This document shows positions 1 to 12,988 of a stretch of 64,000 nucleotides of DNA, piece after piece. Both the position numbers and the translations under genes were made by a program. Position 1 is the first letter of the stretch; each line of letters starts with the position of its first letter. Under the pieces are notes generated by a model that saw only the letters and a program-made list of their open reading frames with translations, was not told the origin of the DNA and ran no database searches. The stretch comes from Squalus acanthias (Eukaryota): positions 129,706,001 to 129,770,000 of the forward strand of contig CM059432.1 in assembly GCA_030390025.1 (NCBI GenBank), written 5' to 3'.

Positions 1-1200
1 TGGACAAAGGAGCTGAATTCCAAAGGTGAGGTGAGAGTGACTGCCCTTGACATCAAGTCAGCATTTGACCAGGTCTGGCATCAAGGAGCCCTAGTAAAAC
101 TGAAGTCAATGGGAATCGGGGAAAACGCTCCACTGGCTGGTGTCATACCTAGCACAAAGGAAGATGGTTGTGGTGATTGAAGGTCAATCATCACAGCCCC
201 AGGACATCGCTGCAGGAGTTCCTCAGGGCAGTGTCCTAGGCCCAACCATCTTCAGCTTCTTCATCAATGACCTTCCCTCCAACATAAGGTCAGAAATGGG
301 GATGTTCGCTGATGACTGCACAGTGTTCAGCACCATTCACAACTCCTCAGATAATGAAGCAGTCCATGCCCGCATGCAACAAGAACTGAACGACGCTTGG
401 GCTGATAAGTGGCAGGTAACATTCGCGCCACAGAAGTGCCAGGCAATGACTATCTCCAACAAGCGAGAGTCTAACCACCTACCCTTGACATTCAATGGCA
501 TTACCATCGCCGAATCCCCCACTATCAACATCCTGGGGGTCACCTTTAACCAGAAATTTAACCAGCTACATAAATACAGTGGCAGCAAGAGCAGGTCAGA
601 GGCTAGGTATTCTGCGGCGATGTGTTTCAGCTCCTGACTCCCCAAAGCCTTTCCACCATCTACAAGGCACAAGTAAGGAGCGTGATGGAATACTCTCCAC
701 TTGCCTGGATGAGTGCAGCTCCAACAACACTCAAGAAGCTTGACACCATCCAGGACAAAGCAGCCCGCTTGATTGGCACCCCATCCACCACCTTAAACAT
801 TCACTCCCTCCACCACCAGCGTACCGTGACTGCAGTGTGTACCATCTACAAGATGCACTGCAGCAACTCACCAAGGCTTCTTCGGCAGCACCTCCCAAAC
901 CCGCGACCTCTTCCACCCAGAAGGACAAGGGCAGCAGGCACATGGGAACACCACCACCTCCAAGTTTCCCTCCAAGTCACACACCACCCTGACTTAGAAG
1001 TATATCGCCGATCCTTCATCGTCGCTGGGTCAAAATCCTGGAACTCCCTCCCTAACAGCACTGTGGGAGTAGCTTCACCACACGGACTGCAGTAGTTCAA
1101 GGCGGCGTCTCACCACCACCTTCTCAAGGGCAACTAGGGATGGGCAATAAATGCTGGCCTTGCCAGCGACGCCCACATCCCATAAAACAAATTCTAAAAA
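1..1200 (+). mobile_element. CR1-group LINE (family A), 3' part of the RT ORF plus 3' UTR, disrupted; runs off the window start
   Basis: ORFs 140-637 and 622-1095 carry RT motifs GVPQGSVLGP and FADD plus the C-terminal IYKAQVRSVMEYS. 3' UTR ends ...GCCAGCGACGCCCACATCCCA followed by an A-rich tail. Confidence 0.92.
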
Positions 1201-2200
1201 AACTGCCATCACCACATGCAGACAGGAAGAGGGTCACCTAAACCAAGGCCATTAATTGCATATGAGGACAGGGCCCCGGAGATTATTAGTATGAAGGCAA
1301 TGGAAGAAGTGGGGGAGGTGAAGGCTGGATTTCCCCCCGCACCCCGCTCCCCCCACTCTCATGCCCCAAGCTCATGGCTAGAATTATAATTTGCTTGTCA
1401 TTCTTTATCTCCTTACCCACTCATCAACAAGCATACACTGGAGCATAACATGCTACAATACCCTGCCATGGGACAGGGGAAGCAGCCATGGCTGCATTGG
1501 ACATCTCTGGTCTTGCAGCAGCCATCCATTTAATCTTCTTGGCACTTGAAATAATAGTACCATCTTAGCTTAGTGCAAAATTAATTAATTACAGCAACTG
1601 CTGGGGTAACAGGCATTCACGTGCATTATTTTGTACCTGTGGTCACAGCGAAGCTGAAAATGTATGGAGTGAAACCCCTTCTATTCGTGAAGGGGATGGC
1701 ATAGAGGGCAGGGACCCATATTTTGCATACATCCCATCAATAATACGCTGCATTTTGGAAAATCAAGCCAGCAAGTAATAAGTGCAGGGATGCCTCATGT
1801 TGCTGTGTGTTTTCCATGGGGAAGAAGCTGAATTCACTGACCAAGGCAAACAAACCATCTGTGGTATGGATGATGTAACTGTGAATTGCATTTGGGAGAT
1901 TTGGCAGATATCTCCTGCTGTTGCTTGTATGGACTCAATGGCATCAAAAGATGTCAGGGCAGTGGTTACATGAACAGACAGTGACAGAGCCACCCCTGCC
2001 CTGCAATTGGTTTCTCGGTCTGGATACAGGAGGTTACATAATTCTGTGGCAGTCTCCTTGGGGACTTTAGTGTCTGGATGCTGGTTGCTTCAGACTTGTC
2101 CAGGTACAATTGTCTGGCACACAAACACAGATGATGCTCTAACGGAGAGTTCTCAGTGATCCCCTAAGGTGCCAACAGACTTGTTTGTTATGCCTCCTCC
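1201..2200. pseudogene. Old PIF/Harbinger remnant: Myb-like gene fragment (+, ~1201-1330) convergent with a transposase fragment (-, ~1620-2180)
   Basis: Minus strand gives ALSLSVHVTTAL..QATAGDICQISQ and an NRRGF..CDH-like stretch. These parallel ALPVALKVTVALNFF and NRKGYHSLNVQLVCDH of the better-preserved copy at 42.4-43.6 kb. Confidence 0.65.
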
Positions 2201-3116
2201 AATCCTTCTTTTCCTGCACAACTTGAAAATGCAAAAAAGGTGACCAGAGGGATACGCATAACCCCCATATAGAAAGCACACAGTTAACTGTCGCTGGGGA
2301 AACAGGCAGAGAGAACAGATAGAGTCCAGCTTTAAAAGTTCCCTCAGTATGTTCATTTCTGGCAAAACACCAACGCAATAAAACAACTCAACAGGTTAAC
2401 AACTAAACAGCAAAGAAGTACTGAAAAGGTGGAAACAAATATAGCGGCTACGCAAAGCAAGTCCAAAAATCGATTTTCCCTTTAAAAGAAAGCACCCAAC
2501 AAATGGGAAGGGTCGTTCCATGCAATGCCTGTTTCATATGGGCACGCCAATCATATAATGGGGCTATCCTTTAAGTTAAATAACTTTCGGGTCTTAATGA
2601 GCTTTGTACATAACAGGTGCACAGCCTCTTCAGTGCCGTAGGTTGTTCAGGATCACATTATATTGCATGCCCTCTGCATTGGATGCTGAGCATACCTCAG
2701 CTTCCTATAATGCTGGGCACCAGCATCCAATGCTCAGCAGTACTCCAGGAACAGACACTGTATAATGGACCTCATAATCCCGACAATACACTACATATAC
2801 AGGATTTCCCTTGCCTTTTTCCCAGTTTTGCACCAGTAATGGGGTGGAGAGAGGGGTTACAAAATTGGGCAGGGAACATTACGCCAGACCCCCACCAATT
2901 TGCCTGAAATGTATTTTCCAGTGTTATGCTAGAAGTCCCTGCCCAAATATGTATGGGCATAGTCTTAGAAAACAGTAATGACAGAATGACACATACATTA
3001 CCACCTTGGCAATGCTTGACACTACTTACAGGAGCATTTAAAAAGGCATCCAGTATTATTTTGTGAGGCAGAATGGCAGAAAAAATGGCTCAATGAGAAA
3101 TAGACTTAGACACAAT

Positions 3117-3817
3117 GGGCCGTATTTTCCGATCAGAGCCTTCCTGCGTGCGGAGGCCTCTGATCTGGAAAAATCTACGAACTTACCCGAGGGCTCCCAA
3201 AGCGCCTACACTTCCGATCCTGGGCCTCTCCAAACTCCAAGTGCGCAGGGCCCACGTATCCCAGAGGCGCAGGCAGTTCGCAAGCATCCCTGGGATCACG
3301 TGGGCCATGGGGAGCCAATAGGAGAAGGGAATCTCCCTTCATACACTTGACAGATAGACCTGTCAAATATATGAATGGAGATCACCCCAAAAACACTCTA
3401 AAATGTTAAATAAATTAAAAAAGAACCAGCACCTTTTTTAAATTAGTTGAAATTACAGTAAATTAAATATTTTAAACAAAAATTTAATTTTTTGAAAAAA
3501 ATAATTAAAGTTTTTTACGGGGCTAAAAATAAACTTACCTTTTTTAAAATATTTTTAAATTGTAATTGAGTGAAAAAAAATTTTAAAACTTTTTTTTCAA
3601 CTCTTATGCTGGTAAAAGCAGGCTTTACGCCTGCTTTTACCAGGCATAAGAATTCTAAGGGTTTTCTGCGGGCGGAGGGTCTCCAAAAAGCGGAACTATC
3701 CGCCCGCAGAGGCCCTTCTCTAGGGCAGGCTTCGCATGCCTGAAACCGGCATTTCCGATGTCCCTACGGGTGTGTACACGCTGTGTACACACCCGTAGGC
3801 ATCAGAAAATACGGCCC
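3117..3817 (+). mobile_element. Harbinger-type MITE (family M1)
   Basis: TIRs GGGCCGTATTTTCCGAT / ATCAGAAAATACGGCCC, 3-bp TSD AAT/AAT, AT-rich core and internal hairpins. Inverted close copy at 18865-19628. Confidence 0.88.
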
Positions 3818-4534
3818 AATATATTGGCACTTCTACATCAGAACAAGATGTATTGGAGCCTGGAATTTTTTTCTACCACCAGGATGCCTGCCCCTTTAAG
3901 CTGCCGCAACTCCTTTATTTGGTAAGGGTATTGGTCACACATGCATTTTCTGTCCCCTCCCCCAGTAGCAAGCTTTCAACTGCATTCAGGAATCCCACCA
4001 GGAGCCCACCAAAATAATTGACATAAGATTGACCGTAGAAATTTTACTAGGGTCAGCGGTAGGTCAGTCTGTGGGCAGGAATCCCAGCAAACCCCCAGGC
4101 AAGAAAAAAAATTCATGGCCTGTTACTTTAACCATCCTTATTCTTATCCAACAGATTATTTTATTAAGATAAGACATTTGTTATCATCGCTGAAGAGGGA
4201 GCAGTTAGTTAATGCTCCTCTTCCTCCAATGATTTGGCCAAATCTTCTAATGTATCTGTGACCATTCCTATTTCAGATGGCCTTCAGGCTACCTTCTTTA
4301 CAACTCATTTTCCTTTCTGATTTAGTTGCTTCACCCTTCCTGTTTTTGTTGGCTTAATTGAGCTCCTTTTTCTCTGAAGCATCCTGCTTGGCTAAGTATT
4401 TGCTTCCTGTAATCGGGTTTCACTTGCAATCAGCTTCTGGTCATGTCCTAGCTGGAGCATTGTGTCCCATTTTAGGCACCACACTTTAGGAAGGATGTCA
4501 AGGCCTTGAAGAGGGTGGAGAAGAGATTTAAAAA

Positions 4535-4842
4535 GAAAAAAAGAAAGACTTGCATTTCTATAGCACCTTTCACGACCACCGGATGTCTCAAAGTGCTTTA
4601 CAGCCAATGAAGTACTTTTGAAGTGGAGTCACTGTTGTAATGTGGGAATCATGGCAGCCAATTCGCGCACAGCAAGCTCCCACAAACAGCAATGTGATAA
4701 TGACCAGATAATCTGTTTTTGTTATGTTGGTTGAGGGATAAATATTGGCCAGGACACTGGGGATAACTCCCCTGCTCTTCTTTGAAATAGTGCCATGGGA
4801 TCTTTTACGTCCACCTGAGAGAGTAGATGGGGCCTCGGTTTA
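4535..4842 (-). mobile_element. Deu-domain SINE (SacSINE1-like), 5'-truncated
   Basis: Reverse complement contains the Deu-like core CAGGTGGACGTAAAAGATCCCATGGCACTATTTCAAAGAAGAGCAGGGGAG and an L2-like tail GCTATAGAAATGCAAGTCTTTCTTT. Confidence 0.8.
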
Positions 4843-4847
4843 CTACA

Positions 4848-5316
4848 CGTTTACTAGAATGTTACCACGAATGAGGGACTTCGGTTATGTGGAGAGACTA
4901 GAGAAGCTGGGATTGTTCTCCTCAGAGCAGGGAACTTTTAGGGGAGACTTAATAGAGCTGTTCAACATTATGAAAGGTTTTGATAGAGTAAATAAGGAGA
5001 AGCTGTTTCCACTGCCAGGAGGGTCAGTAACCAGAGGACACGGATTTAAGGTAATTGGCAAAAGAACCAGAGGGGAGATGAGGAGAATCTTTTTTACGCA
5101 GTGAGTTGTTATGTTCTGGAATGCACTGCCTGAAAGGGTGGTGGAAGCAGATTCAATAATAACTTTCAAAAGGGAATTAGATAAATACTTGAAAAGGAAA
5201 AAATCGCAGGGCAATGGGGAAAGAGCAGGGAAGTGGGAATAATTGAATTGCTCTACCAAAGAGCCAGCACAGGCACGGCGGGTCAAATGGCCTCCTTCTG
5301 TGCTGTAAGATTCTAT
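4848..5316 (+). mobile_element. CR1 LINE 3' fragment
   Basis: FTRMLPRMRDFGYVERLEKLGLFS..RGDLIE..TRGH and a 3' tail GGCCTCCTTCTGTGCTGTAAGATTCTATG. Confidence 0.9.
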
Positions 5317-5599
5317 GTGCGCTAAACTTTCAGTTGTTTTATTGTTTACACAGTGGAACTCAGTTTCCTTGTGCGCTGTTTCTAATGATCAATCCCCCCT
5401 TGCCAAAACAACAGCTGATATGTGTCTATGTGGTTGTGTATGAATACAATGATCAGTGGGATGTGGTTGTATTGATCAGATTAGTGGTACTGTATCTTTA
5501 ATCATTTACTGACGTTTCATGACATGTTCACTTGTAACCTGCATGGGACAGCTCACAAAACTGTAATCAGCGGCTAAAATGACCCACAACTGGCTAGAG

Positions 5600-6545
5600 A
5601 TGGCCGGGCAGGTGGTGTGTCGTAACTGGGAGTTTGTGGAGAGCATCGTGATCCCGAGCAACCACATCTGCAGTAAGGTGTTTGCAACTCGAGGAACTTC
5701 GGCTCAGAATTGTTGAGCTGGAGTACGAGCTGCAGACATTGCGATGCATCAGGGAGGGGGAGAGTTACCTGGACACTTTGTTCCAGGAGGCAGTCACACC
5801 CTTTAGGTTAAGTAGTACTTTAGAGTTAGTCAGTGGTCAGAGACAGGAGGGTGTGACTGCGAGTAAGGAAGGTATGGGGACCCAGGATGTAGTGATGGAG
5901 GAGCCTCAGCCCTGGACCTTGTCCAACAGGTACGAGATACTTTCTACCTGTATGGATGAGGAAAAGGACTGCAGGGAGGATGGGCAAACTGACCACGGCA
6001 CTGTGGTACAGGGGGCCATCCAAGTGGGGGGAGAAGGAAGGAATGTGGTGTAGTAGGGGACAGTATAGTCAGGCGGACAGATACTGTTCTCTGCAGCCGC
6101 GAAAGAGAGTCCCAAAGGCTGTGTTGCCTGCCTGATGCTAGGGTTAAGGATATCTCCTCGCGGCTGGAGAAGAACTTGGAGTGGGAGGGGGAGGATCCAA
6201 TTGTCGTGGTCCATGTAGGAACCAACGACATAGGTAGAACTAACAATGAGGTTCTGCTGAGGGAGTTTGAGGAGCTAGGGTCTAAATTAATAAGCAGAAA
6301 CACAAGGGTAATAATCTCTGGATTACTACCTGAGCCACGCGCAAATTTGCATAGGGTCAAGCAGATCAGAAAGTTAAATGCGTGGCTCAAAGAGTGGTGT
6401 GAAAAAAAGGGGTTTCAATTCATGGGGCACTGGCACCAGTACTGGGGAAAGAGGGAGCTGTTCCGTCGGGACGGGCTCCACTTAAACCGGGCTGGGACCA
6501 GTGTCCTGGCGAATTGAATAACGAGGGCTGTAGATAGGGCTTTAA
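5600..6545 (+). pseudogene. CR1 ORF1: Zn-finger/coiled-coil plus SGNH/GDSL esterase domain, disrupted
   Basis: HICSK-like motif, LEELRLRIVELEYELQTL coiled coil, and the esterase blocks VGDSIVR, VHVGTNDIG and DGLHLNRAG. Confidence 0.9.
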
Positions 6546-6729
6546 ACAAAAAAGGGGGGGGGGTTAAGGTGAGGGTAAATTTAGAAATCTAAAGAGAAAG
6601 GTCAAGGTAATAGAGCAGTGTAGCGATTTGGGTAAAAATAAGCAGAGTGTGACAGGAAGGGACAGAAAGTTTAACGGTAGCAGTGCAGCAGAGAATAAGA
6701 TCAAAGCAGGGAATAATGGTAAAAAATGT

Positions 6730-9570
6730 AAATTAAAGGCACTTTATCTAAATGCACGAAGCATTCGTAACAAGATAGATGAACTCGTGGCACAAATAGA
6801 GATAAATGGGTTTGATCTAATAGCCATTACAGAGACAAGGTTGCAAGGTGGCCAAGGTTGGGAACTAAATGTTCCAGGGTACTTGACATTTTGAAAAGAC
6901 AGGTAGAATGGAAAAGGAGGGGGAGTAGCCCTGATAATAAAGGATGACATAAGGACAGTAGCGAGAAAGGATCTTGGCTCAGAAGATCAAGAAGTAGAAT
7001 CAGTATGGGTGGAGATAAGGAATAACAAGGGGCAGAAAACACTGGTAGGAGTAGTATATAGGCCCCCTAACAGTAGCTGTACTGTTGGACAGAATATTAA
7101 TCAAGAAATAGTAGGAGCTTGCACCAAAGGTAATGCAATAATCTTGGGGGACTTTAATCTTCATAAACACTGGACAAATCAAATTGGCAAAGGTAGTCTG
7201 GAGGACGAGTTCATGGAATGCATTCGGGACAGTTTCCTGGAACGCATTCGGGACAGTTTCCTGGAACAATATGTCATGGAACCAACCAGGGAACAGGTTA
7301 TATTAGATCTTGTATTGTGTAATGAGACAGGGTTAATTAGCAATCTCATAGTAAAGGATCCTCTGGGGCAGAGTGATCATAATATGATAGAATTTCACGT
7401 TAATTTTGAGAGTGACTTGCCTAAGTCTGAAACTAGAGTCTTAAACTTAAATGAAGCCAATTACGTAGGGATGAGGGGCAAGTTGGCTAAGGTAGATTGG
7501 AAAAATAGATGAAAAGTTATGGCAGTAGATAAGCAGTGGCTAGCATTTAAAGAAATATTTCATAATTCTCAACAAAAATACATTCCATTGAGAAACAAAA
7601 ATTCCACGGGAAAAGTGATCCAACCGTGGCTAACTAAAGAAGTTTAGGATAGCATTAGATTGAAAGAAGAAGCTTATAATTTTGCAAAGAATAATAGTAA
7701 GCCTGAGGATTGGGAGAGTTTCAGAAACCAGCAACGGTTGACCAAAAAATTGATAAAAAGGGAAAAAATAGAATATGAGAGAAAACTAGCAAGAAATATA
7801 AAAGCAGATTGTAAGAGCTTCTACAAGTATATAAAAAGGAAGAGAGTAGCAAAAGTAAGCATTGGTCCCTTAGAGGCTGAGACAGGAGAAATTATTATGG
7901 GGAATAAGGAAATGGCAAAAACGTTAAACAAATATTTTGTATCTGTCTTCACAGTAGAAGACACAAAAAGCATACCAAAAATGGTGGGGAACCAAGGGTC
8001 TAATGAGGGTGAGGAACTTAATATAATTAATATAAGTAGAGAAAAAGTACTAGAGAAACTAATGGGACTAAAAGCTGACAAATCCCCTGGACCTGACGGC
8101 CTATATCCTAGGGTTCTAAAAGAGGTGGCTGAAGAGATAGTGGATGCATTAGTTTTGATCTTGCAAAATTCCCTAGATTCTAGAATGGTCCCAGCGGATT
8201 GGAAGGTTGCAAATGTAACACCGCTATTCGATAAAAAGGAGGGAGAGAAAAAACAGGGAACTACAGGCCAGTTAGCCTGACATCAGTCGTCGGGAAAATG
8301 CTGGAAACCATTGTTAAGGAAGTGGTATCAGGGCACTTAGAAAATCATAACATGATTAGGCAGAGTCAACATGGTTTTATGAAAGGGAAATCGTGTTTGA
8401 CAAATTTATTAGAGTTTTTGAGGATGTAACTAGCAGGGTAGATAAAGGGGAACCAGTGGATGTAGTATATTTGGATTCCCAAAAGGCATTCAATAAGGTG
8501 CCACATAAAAGGTTATTACACAAGATTAGGGCTCACAGGGATGGGGGTAATATGTAGCATGGATGGAGGATTGGTTAACGGACAGAAAACAGAGAGTAGG
8601 GATAAACGGATCTTTTTCAGGTTGGCAGGCTGTAACTAGTGGGGTGCCGCAAGGATCAGTGTTGGGGCCTCAGTTATTTACAATCTATATTAATTGACTA
8701 GATGAAGGGACCAAGTGTAATGTATCCAAGTTTGCTGATGATACAAAGCTAGGTAGGACAGTAAGCTGTGAGGAGAACACAAAGAGTCTACAAAGGGATA
8801 TAGATAGACTAAGTGAGTGGGCAGTAAGGTGGTAGATGGAGTATAATGCAGGGAAATGTGAGGTTATTCACTTTGGTAGGAAGAATAGAAAAACAGAATA
8901 TATTTTAAATGGTGAGAAACTTTCAAATGTTGGTGTTCAGAGAGATTTGTGTGTCCTCATGCAAGAAACACAGAAAGCTAGCATGCAGGTACAGCAAGCA
9001 ATAAGGAAGGCAAATGGCATGTTGGCCTTTATTGCAAGGGGGTTGGAGTATAAGAGTAAGGAAGTCTTGCTACAATTGTACAGGGCCTTGGTGAGACCAC
9101 ACCTGGAGTACTGTGCACAGTTTTGCTCTCCTTATCTAAGGAAGGATATACTTGCCTTGGAGGCGGTGCAACGAAGGTTCATTAGATTGATTCCCGGGAT
9201 GAGAGGGTTGTCCTATGATGAGAGATTGTGTAGAATGGGCCTATACTCTCTGGAGTTTAGAAGAATGAGAGGTGATCTCATTGAAACATACAAGATTCTG
9301 AAGGGGATTGACAGGGTAGATGCTGAGAGGTTGTTTCCCCTGGCTGGAGTGTCTAGAACTAGGGGACATAGTCTCAGGATAAGGGGTAGGCCATTTAAGA
9401 CTGAGATGAGGAGGAATTTCTTCACTCAGAGTGTTGTGAATCTTTGGAATTCTCTGCCCCAGAGGGCTGTGAATGCTGAGTCTTTGAGTATATTCAAGGC
9501 TGAGATAGATAGATTTTTGGACTCTAGGGGAATCAAGGGATATGGAGAGCGGGCGGGAAAGTGGAGTTGA
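6730..9570 (+). pseudogene. CR1 ORF2: APE endonuclease plus reverse transcriptase, disrupted
   Basis: YLNARSIRNK, IAITET, GVVYRPP, GDFN and SDHN (APE); KSPGPDG, GVPQGSVLGP, KFADD and LVRPHLEYC (RT). Confidence 0.93.
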
Positions 9571-9699
9571 GGTCGATGATCAGCCATGATCTTATTGAAT
9601 GGCAGAGCAGGCTCAAGGGGCCGTATGGCCTACTTCTGCTCTTATTTCTTATGTTCTTATGATCAGATAGTTCAGCATGCCAGGCAGGACTCTACCTGT

Positions 9700-11291
9700 T
9701 GTAGAATTCGCAAAATTATCGCGATTTTATAAAATAAGAAGGAGACATATAGTTTCGTACAAACAGCTTTATTTCAGCAGAATGCGGTCAGGTTTTCAAA
9801 GTGGACACAAGCAGCCTGTAAAATGGCTGCCACGCCTCGTGGCAGAACGTTCTAGACTTTTCAATGAGCAGACAAGATGGCGTTCCAATAAACATTTGTG
9901 CGAGATCGGACAAGACTCAGCACATTTGAGATAATTCACAAGACATAATGGGTTTGCATTTTACACATAAATACTGGAATCGGTCTCCCAGGTGCGAATA
10001 AGGGCTATTGTACCGAGCGATCAAGAACCCATCCAAAGACATTAATATGCAAAATCCCCACGACTCTACGATGAGAGAGCCGTTTGCGGGTAGTTACAGA
10101 AAACATTTGGAAGCCCCAAAACCCCTCCAGGGAGAATACGGGCCGGTTCCACAATGGGAGAAGTATTAACGGGTACTCAGGCAGTTACAAGTATCACCAA
10201 AACCCATTAAACGGAGATCACCCTATACAAGAAGTTTGAGCGCCAAAACCCTGACAAAAGAAAGACATTAAGATTGGGCGGGAAAAGAGGAATTACAGCA
10301 CTATAACTGCAAGGTACAACCGTCCATCTGTCTCTCTTGCCATCTGACTCTTGATCTTGACTCTTGACTGCTGTCTCTGCCTCTTGCTGCTCGACTTGCT
10401 GGAAGACTATTGAACTTTCTGATCCGCCAGGATCAACCTCGTGGCTTGCCGCGAAGATCTGTGTAGAACTGGGCTGTGAAGCCTTGAAACGGGCACACCA
10501 TCCCGAGAAGTCGGTAAACGGTGTTGGAACCGAAGGCCCGAGATGAGATGAGATGAGAAGAGAAGAAGACGACAATACGTATCGCCACGGTCAGTAAGCC
10601 CCGACCGCGCCTGTAAGTCGAATAAACACTTTTCCTTGCCCAGGAAGACCATTCTTTGAGTTTTACAAACTGGTGAGGGCACAGGAAGACTATTTTTTGA
10701 GTCGTGTCGGAACTCCGAGGACAACACAGATCTTCATGACAGCAGACGGTCCAGCCTGCTAGCCGGAGCAGAAGCGAGTAAACAAGTGGGGTACAGAGAC
10801 CCCTGATCAACACGTGGGTGGTCAGGTGCTGCGGGAAAAACATCCGAGCAGAGTTTCGGAATTCTCCGAGTTATCACGAGTGGTGAGCATGAGTCTCGAT
10901 CCTACAAATCTAGTTTAGGACAGGTATTGATAGGGGAGGGTTTAAGTTTTAAGGATAATTGTAATGTGTGCCCCCTTTTACGATGTGTCGTGCGCTCCTC
11001 GTTTCCCTAAAATTAGTTACATAACTGCGTGTAAGATTGTACTGTCATTAATCTGTGCTTATGACATGTATTTCGTAATCTTGAATAATATGCAATAAAG
11101 ATTTTCCATTTCGCACTATTCAACCGGGTCTACCTGAGTTTTCTCTGCATTATTGCTCTCGCACCGTAAGGGTCGAACCACTCACAGGGGTCTAGTGTTA
11201 CCAGGCTGGCTGGAGACCAGAACAGGCAACAAGGCCTAACCTCGCACTAGCACCCAGGCTAAGCACAGAGCCACAGGTCTCACCCCTTACA
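9700..11291 (+). mobile_element. Solo LTR, 1592 bp (ERV- or Gypsy-type)
   Basis: Ends TGTA...TACA with a perfect 4-bp TSD CTGT (9696-9699 / 11292-11295). TATA-like CTATAA at ~10301, AATAAA at ~11094. Visibly CpG-richer than the flanks. Confidence 0.8.
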
Positions 11292-11811
11292 CTGTGCAAC
11301 TGTGAAGAAGAGCGGTGGAAATTCTGCAAGAGATCGTGACAATGCTGACGATAGGCCAGATGGATAAAATCATAGCTGGACAATCGGATCCCTAACAGCA
11401 AATGGAAGCGTGATGGGAGAAGGCCTATGCTGGATCCAGGGTTAAGCTGGGTGGCTTACTACTTATACAAAAAATGAGTGACTCTGCATCTATCCTGGGA
11501 AGGAGTGGCTGGGAAACCAGGCATGACATTGTGCCTTGCTCCTCGTTCTGTACAAGCCACTGAACAGCAGAGAAAACGCACAGACTGTTCTATGTTGTAA
11601 GCATGCAGCATCATGGAAACTAAGTTTAAAATAAATGATGCAGCAGTATTCAATGCATCTTTTGATTGGCTCTTAAATACAGTACTGCATATTAATGCGA
11701 TATGACACGGCTTCACTACAGTACTAAATATTTTACAATAACAGGGTAGATATATTATTGTGATATAACATGTATTCATAGAAGTATAGAGCACAGGGGG
11801 AGGCAATTAGG

Positions 11812-12325
11812 CTCAGTGTGTCTGTGCCGGCTCTTTCACACTGTCACACTCTCTGCCCAAAGTTCCTGTATCTTTCTCTGCTTCAAGTATTTATCCAGTT
11901 TACCCTCAAAAAATGCAATGGCCTCCGCCTCTACCATTTGCTGTGGTAAAACATTCCATGCCCTAATAAACCCCTGCATAAAACAAATTCCACTTAACCT
12001 CTCTCCTAACCCTCTTAGTGACAATTTTAAATTGATGATCCATTGCCACTGACTCTCCAGAAAGAGATAATAGTCTTCTATAAAAACCCTTCATAATTTT
12101 AAAAACCTCCATTGAATCTCCTCTTAGCCTTCTCTGCTCCAGTCAAAATAGTCCCAATATCTCAAATCTCTCCTCAAACAATAATTTTCCACCTCCGGCA
12201 TTAACCTGATGAATCCCACACAATGGGGTGCCCAAAACTGCACACAGTGCTCTAACTAGCTGAACCAATGTTTTGAATAAATTCATCATTACCTCTTTGC
12301 TCTTGCATTCATATGCCCTTATGTC
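11812..12325 (-). mobile_element. Degraded CR1 3' fragment
   Basis: Minus strand reads FMQGFIRAWNVLPQQMVEAE..FEGKLDKYL and YECKSKEVMMNLFKTLV. Confidence 0.8.
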
Positions 12326-12330
12326 CCTAT

Positions 12331-12752
12331 GGGAATGGTAGTGTAGTGGTAATGTCACTGGGCTAATAATCCAGGCCTGAATTAATGATCCAGAAATGTG
12401 AGTTCAAATTCCACTCATGGCAGCTGGGGAATTTAAATTCAGTTAATTAAATAAAAATCTGGAATAATTACTCGTAACGGTAACCATGAAACTATCGGAT
12501 TGTCATAAAAACCCATCTGGTTCACTAATGTCCTGTAGGGAAGGAAATCTGCCGTCCTTACCTGGTCTGGCCTATATGTGACTCCAAACCCACAGCAATG
12601 TGGTTGACTTTTAACTGCCCTCTGAAATGGCCTAGCAAGACACGGACTGCAGCGGATCAAGAAGGCGGCTCACCACCACCTTCTCAAGGGCAACTAGGGA
12701 TGGCAATAAGTACTGGCCATGCCAGTGATGCCCAGATCCCATGAACAAAAAA
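12331..12752 (+). mobile_element. tRNA-derived SINE with a 3' tail from LINE family A
   Basis: A-box-like TGGTAGTGTAGTGG and B-box GAGTTCAAATTCC. Central domain AAAACCCATCTGGTTCACTAATGTCC..GGAAGGAAATCTGCC. Tail CACCACCACCTTCTCAAGGGCAACTAGGGATGG matches 1110-1145. Confidence 0.85.
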
Positions 12753-12988
12753 AATAAAACCCAAAATGCTGATGACTTTATAAGAAGGAAATTTCTACCT
12801 GCACTCTTCAGGGAATTATATATTTGAATTTGTTAGTCTCGCTGTTTATCCATACTCTTCAGAATCTTTCCATTCTTGTTTTCTTCCCAAAATGTATGAT
12901 CCTTTGCATTTTCCACCTGTCTGCCCATTCTGTTACCTGTTTGTGTCTTCCTTGCAAAAGTTTTGTTGGCCAAACCTCCTATTTCTGT

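Larger units (their letters stand above)
5590..9661 (+). mobile_element. Near full-length CR1 (HER1-like) LINE, inactivated by stops and frameshifts
   Basis: ORF1 remnant ~5600-6545, ORF2 remnant ~6730-9570, 3' tail (TTCTTATG)n ending at ~9661. Confidence 0.95.

Noticed and set aside
10207..10843. Overlapping minus-strand ORFs in the LTR as viral accessory genes
   Set aside because: Short, with no recognisable motifs; expected by chance in GC-balanced DNA.
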